A stretch of DNA of 64,000 nucleotides from Balanoglossus misakiensis (Eukaryota > Animalia > Hemichordata): the NCBI GenBank assembly GCA_040954595.2, contig CM082589.2, forward strand, positions 12,288,894 to 12,352,893. Reading direction: 5' to 3'. Position numbers and translations under genes: made by a program. The notes beneath the pieces were generated by a model. It was given only the letters and a program-made list of their open reading frames with translations, did no database searches and was not told where the DNA came from. Shown here in pieces: positions 1-11,250 of the stretch (position 1 is the stretch's first letter; the number at the start of each line of letters is the position of its first letter).

Positions 1-346
1 CCTCGGTACGGTTAGCTCACAGCCTTGTGAAATACCCGGACTGTTAGACAAAAGATGCTTGTTTTGGACGCTGTCAGACTCAGAGGTGCCAAATTCCTGT
101 TTAACTTGTGCAGATGTGTTCCATAAATGATTGCTGCGTTCAACCACGTTGCAGTTTTCTCGTCTTCTGCGAGATGTTCTAAGGTGTTTGTGATAACTTC
201 AGGCAAAACGCGAGACTTTGCGTTAGTTTATACACAGTTTATTTGCAAATTGGATTATTGGGATTTACCTGGAAATAATGTATGCAAAAGAACATCATTT
301 CAAGAAAAAACTGGAGTTGCGCGTCCTTCTTTCTCTAGGGTCCATG
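1..346. mobile_element. Right end of the P-like element (window edge)
   Basis: The right TIR ends at 346, the TSD is at 347-353 and the displaced donor is at 356. Confidence 0.85.
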
Positions 347-598
347 GTCAAACAAGTGAGTATATACTTTCAAGACACCCTGCAAACAAACAAGCAATCT
401 TTATTCCGTAGATCTTTAAGCATATTTATGCATTGTATATTTTGATGTGAAACTTCAAATTTTATTGGTCTTGTTGCCAAACTTCTGAAGAAATGAGGAT
501 ATTGTTTTGAAGGGTATTTTATCAGTAGATAACAAATACCATGGCCCTCCATGCAAATACCCACATGGTAAATTAAAACTGTTACAGGTGTATTTGAT

Positions 599-912
599 TT
601 AAGCAATAAAACACCCCCAGCCATGGTATACCACGAGATTTTGACCAGTTCACGACATATACGCACGAGCGATAGCGAGTGCGTATATAGAGTTGAACTG
701 GTCAAAATCGAGTGGTATACCATGGCTGGGGGTGTTTTATTGCTATTATATTATGCCAGTATATTGAAACTTTGCATAAAACATTTTAAAAAGGCATTTT
801 CTTTGACTATGATATATGACTGTGGTATATGGCTAATATATCACGGTCACGTGTCGTGTCTCGACCAATCAAATAGCGTGATTTACACCATCAATATACT
901 GGTATAATATAA
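599..912. mobile_element. 314-bp double-hairpin non-autonomous element without TSD (CryptonV-like, tentative)
   Basis: Long palindrome at 602-744 and a second inverted repeat at 745-767/891-913. Empty sites gatttccac occur near 45155 and 62801. Confidence 0.8.
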
Positions 913-1144
913 TTCCACATATGGATTACATGTGGGATAATATTGGGTGCTGGCAGTTTCAGTAAATGAACTGCTCTTAAAAGTTGGGTGTCAGGGCACC
1001 CTTGACTTCTTATTGTTCAGTTATACATTTAGGAGGCTCAGTTATATGAGAACCCGATAGAACCACAGCTGTAGGAATTAGGGAAATGGTCATACCCTAA
1101 AAAACTTATGTCACTACTATTTTTTTTTCATGCCATTGAAACAG

Positions 1145-1261
1145 AACAAACTCCATGTAGGCCAAGTCCATGCCTGAACAATGGGCGGTGTAGTCAGCTG
1201 TCTTGTACAACTTATGAGTGTACTTGTCCAGGATGTTTCACCGGCACACACTGCAGCCAGT
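1145..1261 (+). pseudogene. EGF-like exon E1 (117 bp, phase 1-1, open, 8 Cys)
   Basis: aaacag|...|gtaaaa; QTPCRPSPCLNNGRCSQLSCTTYECTCPGCFTGTHCSQ. The donor is weak. Confidence 0.85.
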
Positions 1262-1652
1262 GTAAAACTCATTAAAACAAACATTTGTCATGCAGGAACT
1301 AACATTTACAATCATGTCTCAATACATTGTCTGTTGGTCATACTTTATATTTTCATCTTCAGCATCACACCTTGGTCCTTGGGAATCGGTCACCTCAAAA
1401 ATGATGTACAGCTGAAAGAAAACATGTTTATTTGAAGAAAAAACTGTTGATCGTTCATGAAAATTTTCCCTACACAAGATACATATACAGAGATTTTCAT
1501 AGCCCCATAAGTGCGTCCCAGAATGAGCAAGTTGTTTTTGGAAGTGAAGTTCCGTTCAGTATTTACAGTAATGGTAATGATGATGTTTTCATCAAACAGA
1601 TTTTGAAAGTAAATATTGCTGAGATAACATTAGGTTGCACTTTTTATTGCAG

Positions 1653-1775
1653 TCCAAGATCCAGGCCAGCGAAACAGCTGTCTCAACGGGGCTGTATGTA
1701 ATGCAGTGGCCAACTCCTGCACGGCATATACCTGTGCCTGTACTGGTTGCTATGAGGGTAACCGTTGTGAAATAT
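1653..1775 (+). pseudogene. EGF-like exon E2 (123 bp, first Cys changed to Gly)
   Basis: ttgcag|...|gtaagt; QDPGQRNSCLNGAVCNAVANSCTAYTCACTGCYEGNRCEI. The diverged copy keeps TGC at 63997-63999. Confidence 0.85.
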
Positions 1776-1994
1776 GTAAGTTTCTGACGTACCGTAAATG
1801 ACAATCTTTTGGGCACTTTCTCTTCATGGCAATTGAATTGTGTGGTAACTTCTCATTTCTAAAATTTCCCCAAGAGAAAAGAAAGGAAAAGGAAACAGAA
1901 ATTTCATTTGTATGTCCGTGCAATTTAGGATAGGCACGAACTTGTGAGGAAGTGTACGAAGTTGGATGTTTTCATCACTCAAATATACAAGAGT

Positions 1995-2178
1995 TGCCTC
2001 TTGAAGACTAGTGTCTGTAGAGATAATTGTGCATGTGAGGTAATCTCTCCTAAGGTGGTGCACACCTCTTAGTATTAAGTAAAAGAGACGTCCTTAATTA
2101 TCCTTACTATTTGGCTTGAAAAATCAATCTTACTAGGTGTTCTGATTAGAGAGGTGTCCATAAAGACAGGTTTTACTG
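1995..2178. mobile_element. Old Tc1/pogo-like MITE remnant
   Basis: Ends gacaggttttactg|ta, a CAGT terminus next to TA. The left boundary is uncertain. A similar terminus, ta|cagtaacacctgt, lies near 9915. Confidence 0.35.
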
Positions 2179-2350
2179 TATTACCCAAAATAGAGACATT
2201 GTCCCTTCATCATATACTTAATGCGTGTTCTGGGTATGGTTCCAGTATAATGCTTGTGTCAAAGGATTTTGTTGTGGTGCAGGAATCATCTTTGGTTGAG
2301 GTGTAGCCATCTGCATTTCATGTGTTTTAAACTATTTTTTTTTCTGATTG

Positions 2351-2473
2351 TCATTAACCCATGTGATCAGAATCCGTGTCAAAATGGAGGCTATTGTTCC
2401 AAAACACCAAATTCTTATACTGACTACACCTGTTACTGCCAGTAATGTTGGACTGGGGCCATCTGTGCCGTAG
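2351..2473 (+). pseudogene. EGF-like exon E3 (123 bp, in-frame stop, acceptor AG lost)
   Basis: INPCDQNPCQNGGYCSKTPNSYTDYTCYCQ*CWTGAICAV. The acceptor reads attg. The stop is TAA in unit 1 and TAG in units 2-4. Confidence 0.85.
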
Positions 2474-2867
2474 GTGTGTCGAATTACTGTTTCATGACAC
2501 AGCGTGGTATATAAACCCTCATTTTTGGTATTCTCAATGTGATAGATGGACCCATACACCAATAAATGGGGTGGAAGCATTACTAAGTTTCATCCTTTCA
2601 AAATTTGCTGATGTAGGGTCAAAATTGAGTGTGAGGTGCATGTTAAAAAGGAAAGCCTTCTGTATCATGTTGATGGCACATTTTTTTAATTTTTCAAGAT
2701 TCTTACAGAAAAATCCTAGCAATAGCATCATTATGTTATTTTAAATGTAAAGGTTTGAAACAAGGAATGAAGACATTGCTCACATATTTAAACGAAATGA
2801 ACATCACAAGTACATGTACAAGTTTTTGACAAGCAGGTAATTGATACTTTCCTTTTTGTTTTGGCAG

Positions 2868-2987
2868 CCATTGATCAGTTATACCCTATGCCTTGTCAAA
2901 ATGGTGGCACATGCGTTGCGTGAGACGGCTGTTTCCTGTTTGACTGTATGTGTACCGAATGCTTCACTGGTGCCACATGTACAATGC
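2868..2987 (+). pseudogene. EGF-like exon E4 (120 bp, in-frame TGA)
   Basis: ttggcag|...|gtaagt; IDQLYPMPCQNGGTCVA*DGCFLFDCMCTECFTGATCTM. Confidence 0.85.
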
Positions 2988-3282
2988 GTAAGTACTAACC
3001 AATATTATTTTATTCAATGCAAAACACTTGTTATATATTATATAATATAAGTACGGTACACATATTAAAGCCCTGGTAACTCAAACTTTGGGCTAGCTTA
3101 ATGTTATCACTATTTTTGTTTTCGGTTGCAACTGTGGTTTCTTGTCACACTCTAAAGGATTTCACAGCATTTGGTTTTTCAAAACAGCCCTTTGGTTGTT
3201 GTCATGTATACATGTACATGACTGTGGAGTGTAGTTTGTAGATTCTGTAATTTTGACAATATCTTGACTGCACATCCCACAG

Positions 3283-3405
3283 CTGTCAACCAGTGTCAAC
3301 CCATCCAGTGTCGGAATGGTGGAAACTGTGTGCTGACGCCCAATTGGTGTACTGAATTCACATGCTCCTGTACAAGCTGTTACTCCGGCGATTTATGTCA
3401 GACAT
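3283..3405 (+). pseudogene. EGF-like exon E5 (123 bp, open, 8 Cys)
   Basis: cccacag|...|gtgagt; VNQCQPIQCRNGGNCVLTPNWCTEFTCSCTSCYSGDLCQT. Confidence 0.88.
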
Positions 3406-3789
3406 GTGAGTGATTTTAAATTTCAGATGAAGAGGAACATAATAACATAACACATAATCGGCTTGCAGTTGGTTTCTTCCAACCTGTATCAAACAGTGAA
3501 TAACGACACAATTTTGGGGAAATTTATTAAGAATGTGTGTGCCATAAAAGGGGATTGTGTATTTGACCAAACAACAACCTGCACCGTATGGTACACTAAG
3601 ACACTATTACACCTGTGTCAAAATTTCATTACGTTTCTTTTGTTGAACATGGAAGAAATTTGTCACAGTGATGTTCTGTTGACCAACTGAGATTTTTACC
3701 ACTCAACCCTGACTGCACAAATCTGTTTAAAGTATATGTAGTAAATATTAACTGTACACAATTTATATCACTTTCTCTTCTGTGCACAG

Positions 3790-3906
3790 ATTTGAATCCG
3801 TGTCAGCCCAACCCTTGTCTAAACAGTGGATTCTGCCAGCAAGTGTCCTGCACTGAGTTCAGATGCCAGAGTCCACGCTGTTTCATCGGAACCACGTGCG
3901 CTGAAC
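3790..3906 (+). pseudogene. EGF-like exon E6 (117 bp, one Cys changed to Ser)
   Basis: gcacag|...|gtaagc; LNPCQPNPCLNSGFCQQVSCTEFRCQSPRCFIGTTCAE. Confidence 0.88.
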
Positions 3907-4353
3907 GTAAGCAAACCAGTGTCAGATTTCCCGCACAAAGTAGAAATCGCTGGGCTTTGTCATTGATATTGTCTCAATAAAGTTGCCTGTGATTGTGCAG
4001 CTAACCAAGAGACTTATATGCACTACGGTAGCCATGATGAATACTTTCATTGACTCAAATGCTCATCAGTGTAGATGTTGCTATTTTTCCAACCGTAAAT
4101 TGAAACATCAGAAAGTTATGACATCAACTACCCCCACCCCCACCCCACCCACCCCCAACTAGTAAATATTATAAGATTCAGTAATTATGATAAAGATGGT
4201 AGCACCAAGCTTGGATCAAGTGGTCTTCATTATCCTTCACACATGAACATGATCACACGGATGTGCAATCTTCTGACAGTCTGCTACAGATTTCACTTCC
4301 CACTCAAGTGTGTAAGACCCTAATGTGATACTTTTCATTTCTCTCACCCTTAG

Positions 4354-4476
4354 CGATCAACCAGTGTCTTCTAAACCCATGTCTGAATAACGGAGTGTAT
4401 CAGCCACTTCAAGGCTCCTGCTCAATCTACACCTGCAACTGTCCAACCTGCTACACTGGGCAAACATGTGTTACAT
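4354..4476 (+). pseudogene. EGF-like exon E7 (123 bp, one Cys changed to Tyr)
   Basis: cccttag|...|gtaagt; INQCLLNPCLNNGVYQPLQGSCSIYTCNCPTCYTGQTCVT. Confidence 0.88.
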
Positions 4477-4488
4477 GTAAGTCACAAG

Positions 4489-5595
4489 TTTTTAGGTCCC
4501 ATTGGTATGTACCATGGGAACTTATGGGATTGGTTACGTCTGTATGTATGGATGGATGGATGGATGTATGTCTGTATGTCCGTCCACATGAAAAACTTGA
4601 AAACCGCAGCGCGTTTGACCTCGATATTTGGCGTGTAGATGCAGGCAGGGCTGTAGATGGGAGTTTGTTCAAATGAAGATGTCATTGCCAAAAATATGCA
4701 AATTAGCTGGGAAAATGTGAAATTGGTCAAAACTCAAAAACTGGACAACCACTGGTCATATTGATTTGAAAAATGGTATGCATGTACCTTATATCAACCT
4801 CATACAACCCTGTATGTTTTGAGCTAATATTATCGATTTCCTATTTTTTTGCATTTTTTTGTATTTTTCCATGTTATTGGTAAAAGTCTTTGAAATTTAG
4901 TATGAAGCCTCCTAATGTTGTCTAAGTAACCATAGTTTTGTTCAAATTGTTGCAAAATTTGCATATCTATAATTTTGAGCATTATTTGCCATTTTTGGTC
5001 AAAAAATGTTTTTCTTTAAAACCTCATGCCAGATTGCTTTGCAATTTGGTAGGCATGTTCGTAGGGGTAACCTAAATAATATGTTGTAAAAAATGTGATA
5101 TTTGCATAAATGTGTTATCGGGGAAACTTTTGCAATTTTTGTCAAAAATTGTTTTCACTGAAACCGCTTGTCCTATTGCATTGAACTTAGGCAGCATGTT
5201 CCTTGTAGTGATTGAAGTAAGATATTGTACAATTTTGGTGATATTTTCATATTTGTGTTTTTGCCACTTTTGAACAAATATTTTCTGTGAAACTGCTTGT
5301 TGGATTGCTTTGAAATTAGTTTTTTCTCTGATTGCTTTGAAATTTAGGATATAATTTATTAACACATACCTGTATATGTGCAACTTTTATTCAATTCTGA
5401 GATCAGAAAGATTAAATATTTAGCGAGTTTTTTTGGTAAGTTTCTTTGTTTTTGGTTAGCAAATCTTCTCCTAAACAAATTGTCCAGTTGTTTTTAAAGT
5501 TACTATTTACAAGGAGTTGTTACCTCGAACAAAGACATGTTTACATAACTTAAATAGGCCAGCTGTTACAGAGACCACCAGCTATCACATTTTAA
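4489..5595 (+). mobile_element. Helentron-associated (HINE/DINE-like) non-autonomous repeat, tentative
   Basis: Starts tttttaggtcccat with a nearby inverted atgggaactta, followed by a GTAT/GGAT/GTCC microsatellite and degenerate internal repeats (gattgctttgaaattt). The 3' boundary is approximate. Present in all 4 array units. Confidence 0.45.
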
Positions 5596-6414
5596 TTACC
5601 AGTGGCAGGTCAGTGTGTGTCTGTTCCAGGGCTGACTGAAAGAAGTTGCTTCGCATATGTGTTTGTGTACAGACAATTTTTGGTCAATTTTTTTTTCTAG
5701 CACCACTTGTAAGACTGCCATGACACATGACAGTTTATTGGGCATGTTCCTTGTTAATGTTTTTACATTGCATATTTCTATATGGTCAGATCATAAGTGC
5801 TTGCAAATGTCACCTGTAATTTTTATTCTGCTGTGTCACTGTTTCCGCATAATCCTCAAATGTCATCAGATCTCCGAATGTGATGAAAACAGTGTGTTTT
5901 GAGTGGGTTTTTTTAATGACCTTTTGGGTTAAAAGTGGCAAAAATGGCAATTTTGTCTTCAAAGGGGTCAATAAGACTGACTTTTTTGGAATCAGCACCA
6001 TTTTTTACATTGAATGGACTAGTCTGCTCAAACTTTCCTTACCAAAAATTCTGTTTAATCTTCTGTAACATGTATACTAGTGTACATGTAGCTGCCTGAT
6101 AGTTTGCCCTGTGTGTGTAATTGCTGAGTGACATAACGCATTCTGTGATTGATGCAGTCACGTAACCACCAATCGAACGATTGTTATAAGGAGAACTGCA
6201 CGACCTTTAACCGCATTAGCATACCTGATTTTTAGGGCTCGATATTACCTCTGAGGACGCAATATTTAAGTTGAAGTTTTTTTATTTTATCATATTAGAG
6301 CAAGAAGACTTGTCTTTTATGTAAAAGAAATAGACCCTAATATACAGAGTGCATTTTGAAACGATAGGCAGTTCCGGCCCATAGCCTAATTCTTCATTTT
6401 TCTGTCATGCGTAG

Positions 6415-6529
6415 GAATTGATTAGTGCTAACACCCATGTCAAAATGGCAGCACTTGCCAACCCTAACCTCGTGTGTGGCATTGACGTGCACCTGCCAAG
6501 GATGCTTTACTGGGAGCGCTGTGAAAATT
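6415..6529 (+). pseudogene. Degenerate EGF-like exon E8 (stop and frameshifts)
   Basis: cgtag|...|gtcagt. Recognisable fragments are ID*C, PCQNGSTCQP, TCTCQGCFTG and RCEN in shifting frames. Confidence 0.75.
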
Positions 6530-7029
6530 GTCAGTCAGTTTCTTTTGTCAAATTAATCAATATGTGTGGGACTGCTATACATGTATATAAAACAGAATAC
6601 TGCGATGGAAAATTCTATAACTTAATGTTTCAGTGGATATATGACTTAAAGTTAGCAGTATGCAGTGAATTCAACAGAAAGTGTAATTTCCTCTTGTGTG
6701 AGCTCTGTGCGACTGTGCCAATGAAAATCTCACCACAAACAAAAATGACAGGTATACACTGTATATTAGCAGCTTTGTCTCTGTAATAGCCATAGTGTTT
6801 TGAAGTTGAAAACTTGCAAAGTGTGCAGTTTTATTCACACTACAAAGGAAACATTGTTGAAACGGATTATCTGTGTACATTGTCAAACTGTACACTTGTC
6901 GCGAGATTTATTCTCAATTATATTACTAGTATATCATGCTACCGTCTGCAACTCTGATTGGACGAGAGCTAAATCCAGCGATGCTAAAATACTCAATAAT
7001 GCACTGCTGGCAGTGGTAAAACGGGCTTT

Positions 7030-7353
7030 CTGTTTGCCACATGGGTTTGTTCTTTAGGTTGTTGTATGTGTTTACACCCATCATGTTTATTGTAGAACCA
7101 GGGTCGATCAGTGAGGCAACTGCTGTTTGTTCTATCTGCACTGTTACTCGAGGCCTCCTGCCATTTGATTGTTGTACAGTGAAGCAGTATTCATCTCCCG
7201 AGCTGTCTTCCACTTTATGCACAGCTTTGACAGTTTTATCCTTGTCTACCCTATTTGCCTTGCCTTTTGAATGGTAGCATTTGGCTAAATGGTTAGGTTT
7301 GCCACACTTCCTGCATGACTTGCCTTTAGCTGGACATACTGAGTCATGTGGTA
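7030..7353 (-). mobile_element. Gypsy LTR-retrotransposon fragment: Gag zinc knuckle and aspartic protease start
   Basis: PHDSVCPAKGKSCRKCGKPNHLAKC (CX2CX4HX4C) and LIDPGSTIN (degenerate D-S/T-G). Copies at 21936-22259 and 36696-37019. Confidence 0.85.
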
Positions 7354-7800
7354 CCATTATTAAAATAGGGGCCAGTCATCAAAACGTAAGTGAGCCAAAA
7401 AACTACAGGTCAGATAAATTGTTTTCTCGTAAATTCAACATTAGAATCAAATTTGGCGTTGGAAACAAACGGCGGGTCGCCAGTTCCTGGTCTGGAGGCT
7501 GGTAGAGTCACGTCTTGAAGACTGGCCCCTATTTTAATAATGGCATTGTCATGACCGGCCAACCTTTGACCTCGGAGACCACAATGTAGAGCTATCGATC
7601 AGCTTTTCGCGTTTCAATCAAACATTGCAATCACGGGCTAAAATCAATAACTAGTTGATACCTTTTTCGGTGTTTCATCTAACCTTTGAAAGGAGTATAA
7701 TAAAAATGAAATGACCGCACGTAATGTGCATTTCTTGTTCACGTGTGGGGACTATATGTGTGCGTAATGATCCAAATGCAAGGGGTCGTGTGAACAGGCC
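7354..7800. mobile_element. Right part of a PIF/Harbinger-like element containing a 34-bp inverted repeat
   Basis: Inverted repeat at 7354-7387/7510-7543 (2 mismatches). Ends gtgtgaacaggcc followed by TTA. No left terminus is present. Confidence 0.5.
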
Positions 7801-8295
7801 TTAAATAATGAGTTTGCGTTAAATAATGAGTTTGCGTTAAATAATAAGTTGACAAACGGCGCGAGTGCATTTTTTCATGGTTTAGAAATCACTTATTTAT
7901 ATATAATTCATTATATAATGTAAATCACTCATGATATATATATAATAGACTTGCACTTAAATTATTTATAAATCACTCATGATATATATATAATACACTT
8001 AAATTTTTTTTATTTATAAATAATTAATTATATATAAATAATTATGTACATCACTCATGATATATATATAATAGACTGACACTGACATTGTTTATAAATA
8101 ATTTATTATATATAAATAAAAGAGCATAAAATACATTTTATGTATATAATTGAATCGACTTGAAATTATTTATAAATAAATTGTCAGGACTTAAATGGTT
8201 TGCAAATCTATAATTACATACATATAAGTATGTTAAATAACGACTTTTGAACAAATAATTTAGCTAAATAATAAGTTAACACATGGCACCCCATA
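7801..8295. repeat. AT-rich internally repetitive element end (IS3EU-like terminus, tentative)
   Basis: Tandem 18-mer ttaaataatgagtttgcg and three copies of atcactcatgatatatatataata. Ends ggcaccccata exactly where homology to the diverged copy begins. Confidence 0.55.
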
Positions 8296-8673
8296 CAAAC
8301 ATTACGTCCAGTCCAAATATTCTGCCAATTTTACATCCAATGCATTCTAATAGTGGACTGCTTCGCTTTCATCCAGTTTTCATGTGCATCGTATAAGTAG
8401 ACTTTTGTTTTGTCCCGTCTTTTCACCGAATTTGCTCTTTTCCAAATCTCCGACACAGACTATGATCGTCACATTCTTGTCTGTTGTTAGAACAGCACAC
8501 TGCCATATGGCATTGACTGTATACAGTTTCTGTTACCAATATCTCTGGTTTGGCATTTTCCTGTCCTCAATCTTTTGCCAGGGATTTTTGTGTCCCCAAC
8601 CCGCGTGAGAATCCCACGTCTTTGAAGGTATGACTGTGACTATAAGATTCTATAAATCTCTGTTTATTTTCAG

Positions 8674-8804
8674 CACAAACATCATGTGCTGATTGCCCAG
8701 CTGGTAACCAATGTCCAAATGGTAACACTGTGATTTTATGCTCGGCTGGTTATTACAGTTCGGCCTTGGACAAAGGATGTCTCGCTGTACCTCTTGCATA
8801 ACAG
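8674..8804 (+). pseudogene. Cys-rich exon X1 (GCC2/GCC3, ephrin-receptor-like repeat type; frameshifted)
   Basis: ttttcag|...|gtaaac; QTSCADCPAGNQCPNGNTVILCSAGYYSSALDKGC...CTSCIT. Confidence 0.75.
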
Positions 8805-9058
8805 GTAAACTTCTACCCACCAACCTTTATTTCCAACATCAAACATTAGGTCAGGTAATTTACTAACTGAAAAATAGGATGGGAACATTTTCCATTTCTG
8901 TATTTAAAATTTACTGATATAATATATGAATGAAAAAATGACAATTTTTCCAAATTTGAATAGACCTCTATTTATGAAAATAATTAAAATTTGCGCCAAT
9001 TTTTTACAGTGGTATTCAAAGGTTAACTTGGTGTGTATATTCTTTGTTTGATTTACAG

Positions 9059-9192
9059 ATCAGCCGGTGCTGAACAGTGTACTATTTGTGAGCAAGGGTA
9101 CGCCTGCACAGATCCCAGTGCATCGCAATTCAAGTGTACCAAGGGTTACGTGTCATTGGCTGGTGCAACAAACTGTACCAGATGTACAAATG
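9059..9192 (+). pseudogene. Cys-rich exon X2
   Basis: tttacag|...|gtaaga; SAGAEQCTICEQGYACTDPSASQFKCTKGYVSLAGATNCTRCTN. Confidence 0.8.
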
Positions 9193-9236
9193 GTAAGATT
9201 GTGGTACTTGTTCAGTTTGCTGTGTGATGAAACTGA

Positions 9237-9299
9237 GTGGTATGTGTGTATGCATGTATGTGTTTACAACAGATTTTCAAGTCAGTGCGACTGGGGTTA

Positions 9300-9331
<32 letters not shown>

Positions 9332-9358
9332 TACAACAGATTATCAACTCAGTGCGAA
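9237..9358. repeat. Two imperfect ~65-bp direct repeats with TG/TATG microsatellite
   Basis: tgtatgtgtttacaacagatt.tcaa.tcagtgcga occurs twice. Confidence 0.7.
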
Positions 9359-9575
9359 ATCTTGCGAGACCCGGTTAGCCATGTGAGATCTCGCAGAGTC
9401 TTATGATATTCAGAAAATGGTTGATTAGAAATGACGTTTAATGTCCTCCAAAGAATTTTCTACATGCCCGTATACTTGTCTCAGAATTATGAAGTGAATC
9501 ATCTCAAGTAATTTGTTATTTTAAATGACACTGTATCACAAATACTTCACTAAAAACCTCATTTTCTTTAATCAG

Positions 9576-9773
9576 ATGAAATAAGTGAGGAGCCTGCACG
9601 CACATCCCGTCTTCTGTGCCCTGCTGGACAATCGTGTTCAGATCCAATGTAAGATCCGCTTGACTGTGGCAATGGTGAATATGCTATGGAAGGCGACGGC
9701 ACATGCACGCCTTGTCCAGCAGGATCCAAGTGTCCAACCATGTCACCCGTAGTTGATTGTTCAACAGTTACTG
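9576..9773 (+). pseudogene. Cys-rich exon X3 (in-frame TAA)
   Basis: aatcag|...|gtaagt; ...LLCPAGQSCSDPM*DPLDCGNGEYAMEGDGTCTPCPAGSKCPTMSPVVDCSTVT. Confidence 0.8.
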
Positions 9774-9998
9774 GTAAGTTGGGCTGCAAATTACTCTTAT
9801 GACTTCCCTGTGTTATAGCATGACATACACAGAAAATTAAACTGTTATGCTCATTGGAGTTGATATTGTGATGCACTTTGAAAAACACAATGATTCCACT
9901 GAAGAGGTATTGTACAGTAACACCTGTGATTACGGACATCTCTCTAATAAGGGATCGTTGGACCAAACCAATCGTTCTTTGAATTTTTTCTGTGATAG

Positions 9999-10095
9999 GT
10001 TCATACTCGCTAGGTTCGGCCAAGTCCTTCTGGTTATGAATGCACAACTACAAATGTCACACAGTGCGCTACAGGGAAGTAAAGTGTTGAAGGAG
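9999..10095 (+). pseudogene. Cys-rich exon X4 (apparent internal deletion, stop)
   Basis: tgatag|...|gtaagt; SYSLGSA...PSGYECTTTNVTQCATGK*SVEG. Confidence 0.65.
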
Positions 10096-10207
10096 GTAAG
10101 TCTTGAAATCTCTTTTCTTCTGGTCTCGATTTGAACATGGTTCCACAAGTTGTTTACATCACTTGTAGTTTTACATATTTTTTTAGTTCAACAGCTATGC
10201 TATACAT

Positions 10208-10856
10208 GGTGTCCTGAGAGGTCGACCAGTATGAGAAGTCGGTATCGGCCAGTACGAGAAGTCGGCCTGTGGGAGAGAACCCTGGTACTTTGTGTTATAT
10301 ATAACTGTTTCACTACGAAATGTTTCCTTGATGTACAGGAGCTGAGATATTTGTACAAATAGCCGATGAATTTTAAAACTGTCTGTTCACTTTTCATGTA
10401 CGTCACCGGGGTACGTCAACATCAGTCACCTGCACTTCTTGAGCTGCGCCAGTAGTCTGTTCCTTGTCACGTTTGTTTGTTTGTTTGTTTGGTGTTGTCT
10501 CAGAAAGTATGAATATACACATACATCTTCTATGTATTTTAGTAGGCTTTGAAACAACTCCCTTTAATCAGAAATGTCACAGGAATTTGGCGAACAACCT
10601 AAGCTCCTTACGCGGATACGGGGATGGGGAACTGGTACGGATGCCAGACGCCATTATTTGAAATGACGCCATTGTGTTGTCAAGAATTTGGGAAATCCGT
10701 CCAAATGAAAATATTTAGTGCAATTATATTTTATTAAGTGTTGTTATAAGTAATCTGGGTCATCACTGCACTATTCGGGTACAAGTTCAACAACTGGCCG
10801 ACTTCTCATACGCGCGTAGTGGCTGACTTCTAATCTGGCCGACTTCTCATGTATTC
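10208..10856. mobile_element. ~650-bp DNA transposon with subterminal inverted motif arrays and 8-bp TSD (MULE-like, tentative)
   Basis: gagaagtcggcc-type motifs occur 3 times at left and inverted 3 times at right. The direct repeat ctatacat lies at 10200-10207 and 10857-10864. Copies at 25114-25762, 39874-40522 and 58705-59360. Confidence 0.7.
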
Positions 10857-11033
10857 CTATACATTAGTGAAAATTGGGGAAACTGGTGTTTTCAGACAAC
10901 TTATGAAGTCCCTTTCGCAATATTAACTCTAAAACAGCGGGTGATATTCCTTTTAAAATTTAACCAAATAAGCATACTTGAACTCTGTCATATCGGCAAA
11001 ACACTCACTACACAAGCTGCTGTTATTCTACAG

Positions 11034-11250
11034 ACATGACATGTGCTGATTGCGGCGTAGGTAACTACTGTCCAGATGGGTCAGACAGCCCCATTCCTTG
11101 TCCATCAAGTTATTATGCTGACACAGCCACAGAAGTATCCTGTACCCCTTGCGATCCAGGCTGTCAGTGTGCAGCAACATCACCCACTTGCCTGCACATC
11201 AAGAACCTACTCTCTGGGACCATCAACAACATGTACTCCCCTTCTACCAG
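11034..11250 (+). pseudogene. Cys-rich exon X5 (frameshifted)
   Basis: ctacag|...|gtttgt; MTCADCGVGNYCPDGSDSPIPCPSSYYADTATEVSCTPCDPGCQCAATSP, then a shift to ACTSRTYSLGPSTTCTP. Confidence 0.8.

Noticed and set aside
602-744. Pre-miRNA or other structured ncRNA gene
   Set aside because: The hairpin lies within an insertion that has clean empty sites in sister copies. A mobile element explains it better.
7801-8295. CRISPR-like or replication-origin-like repeat array
   Set aside because: Repeats are irregular with no unique constant-length spacers and no cas genes, and the context is eukaryotic.
9568-10047. 159-aa minus-strand ORF
   Set aside because: Antisense shadow of exons X3 and X4 with no recognisable domain.
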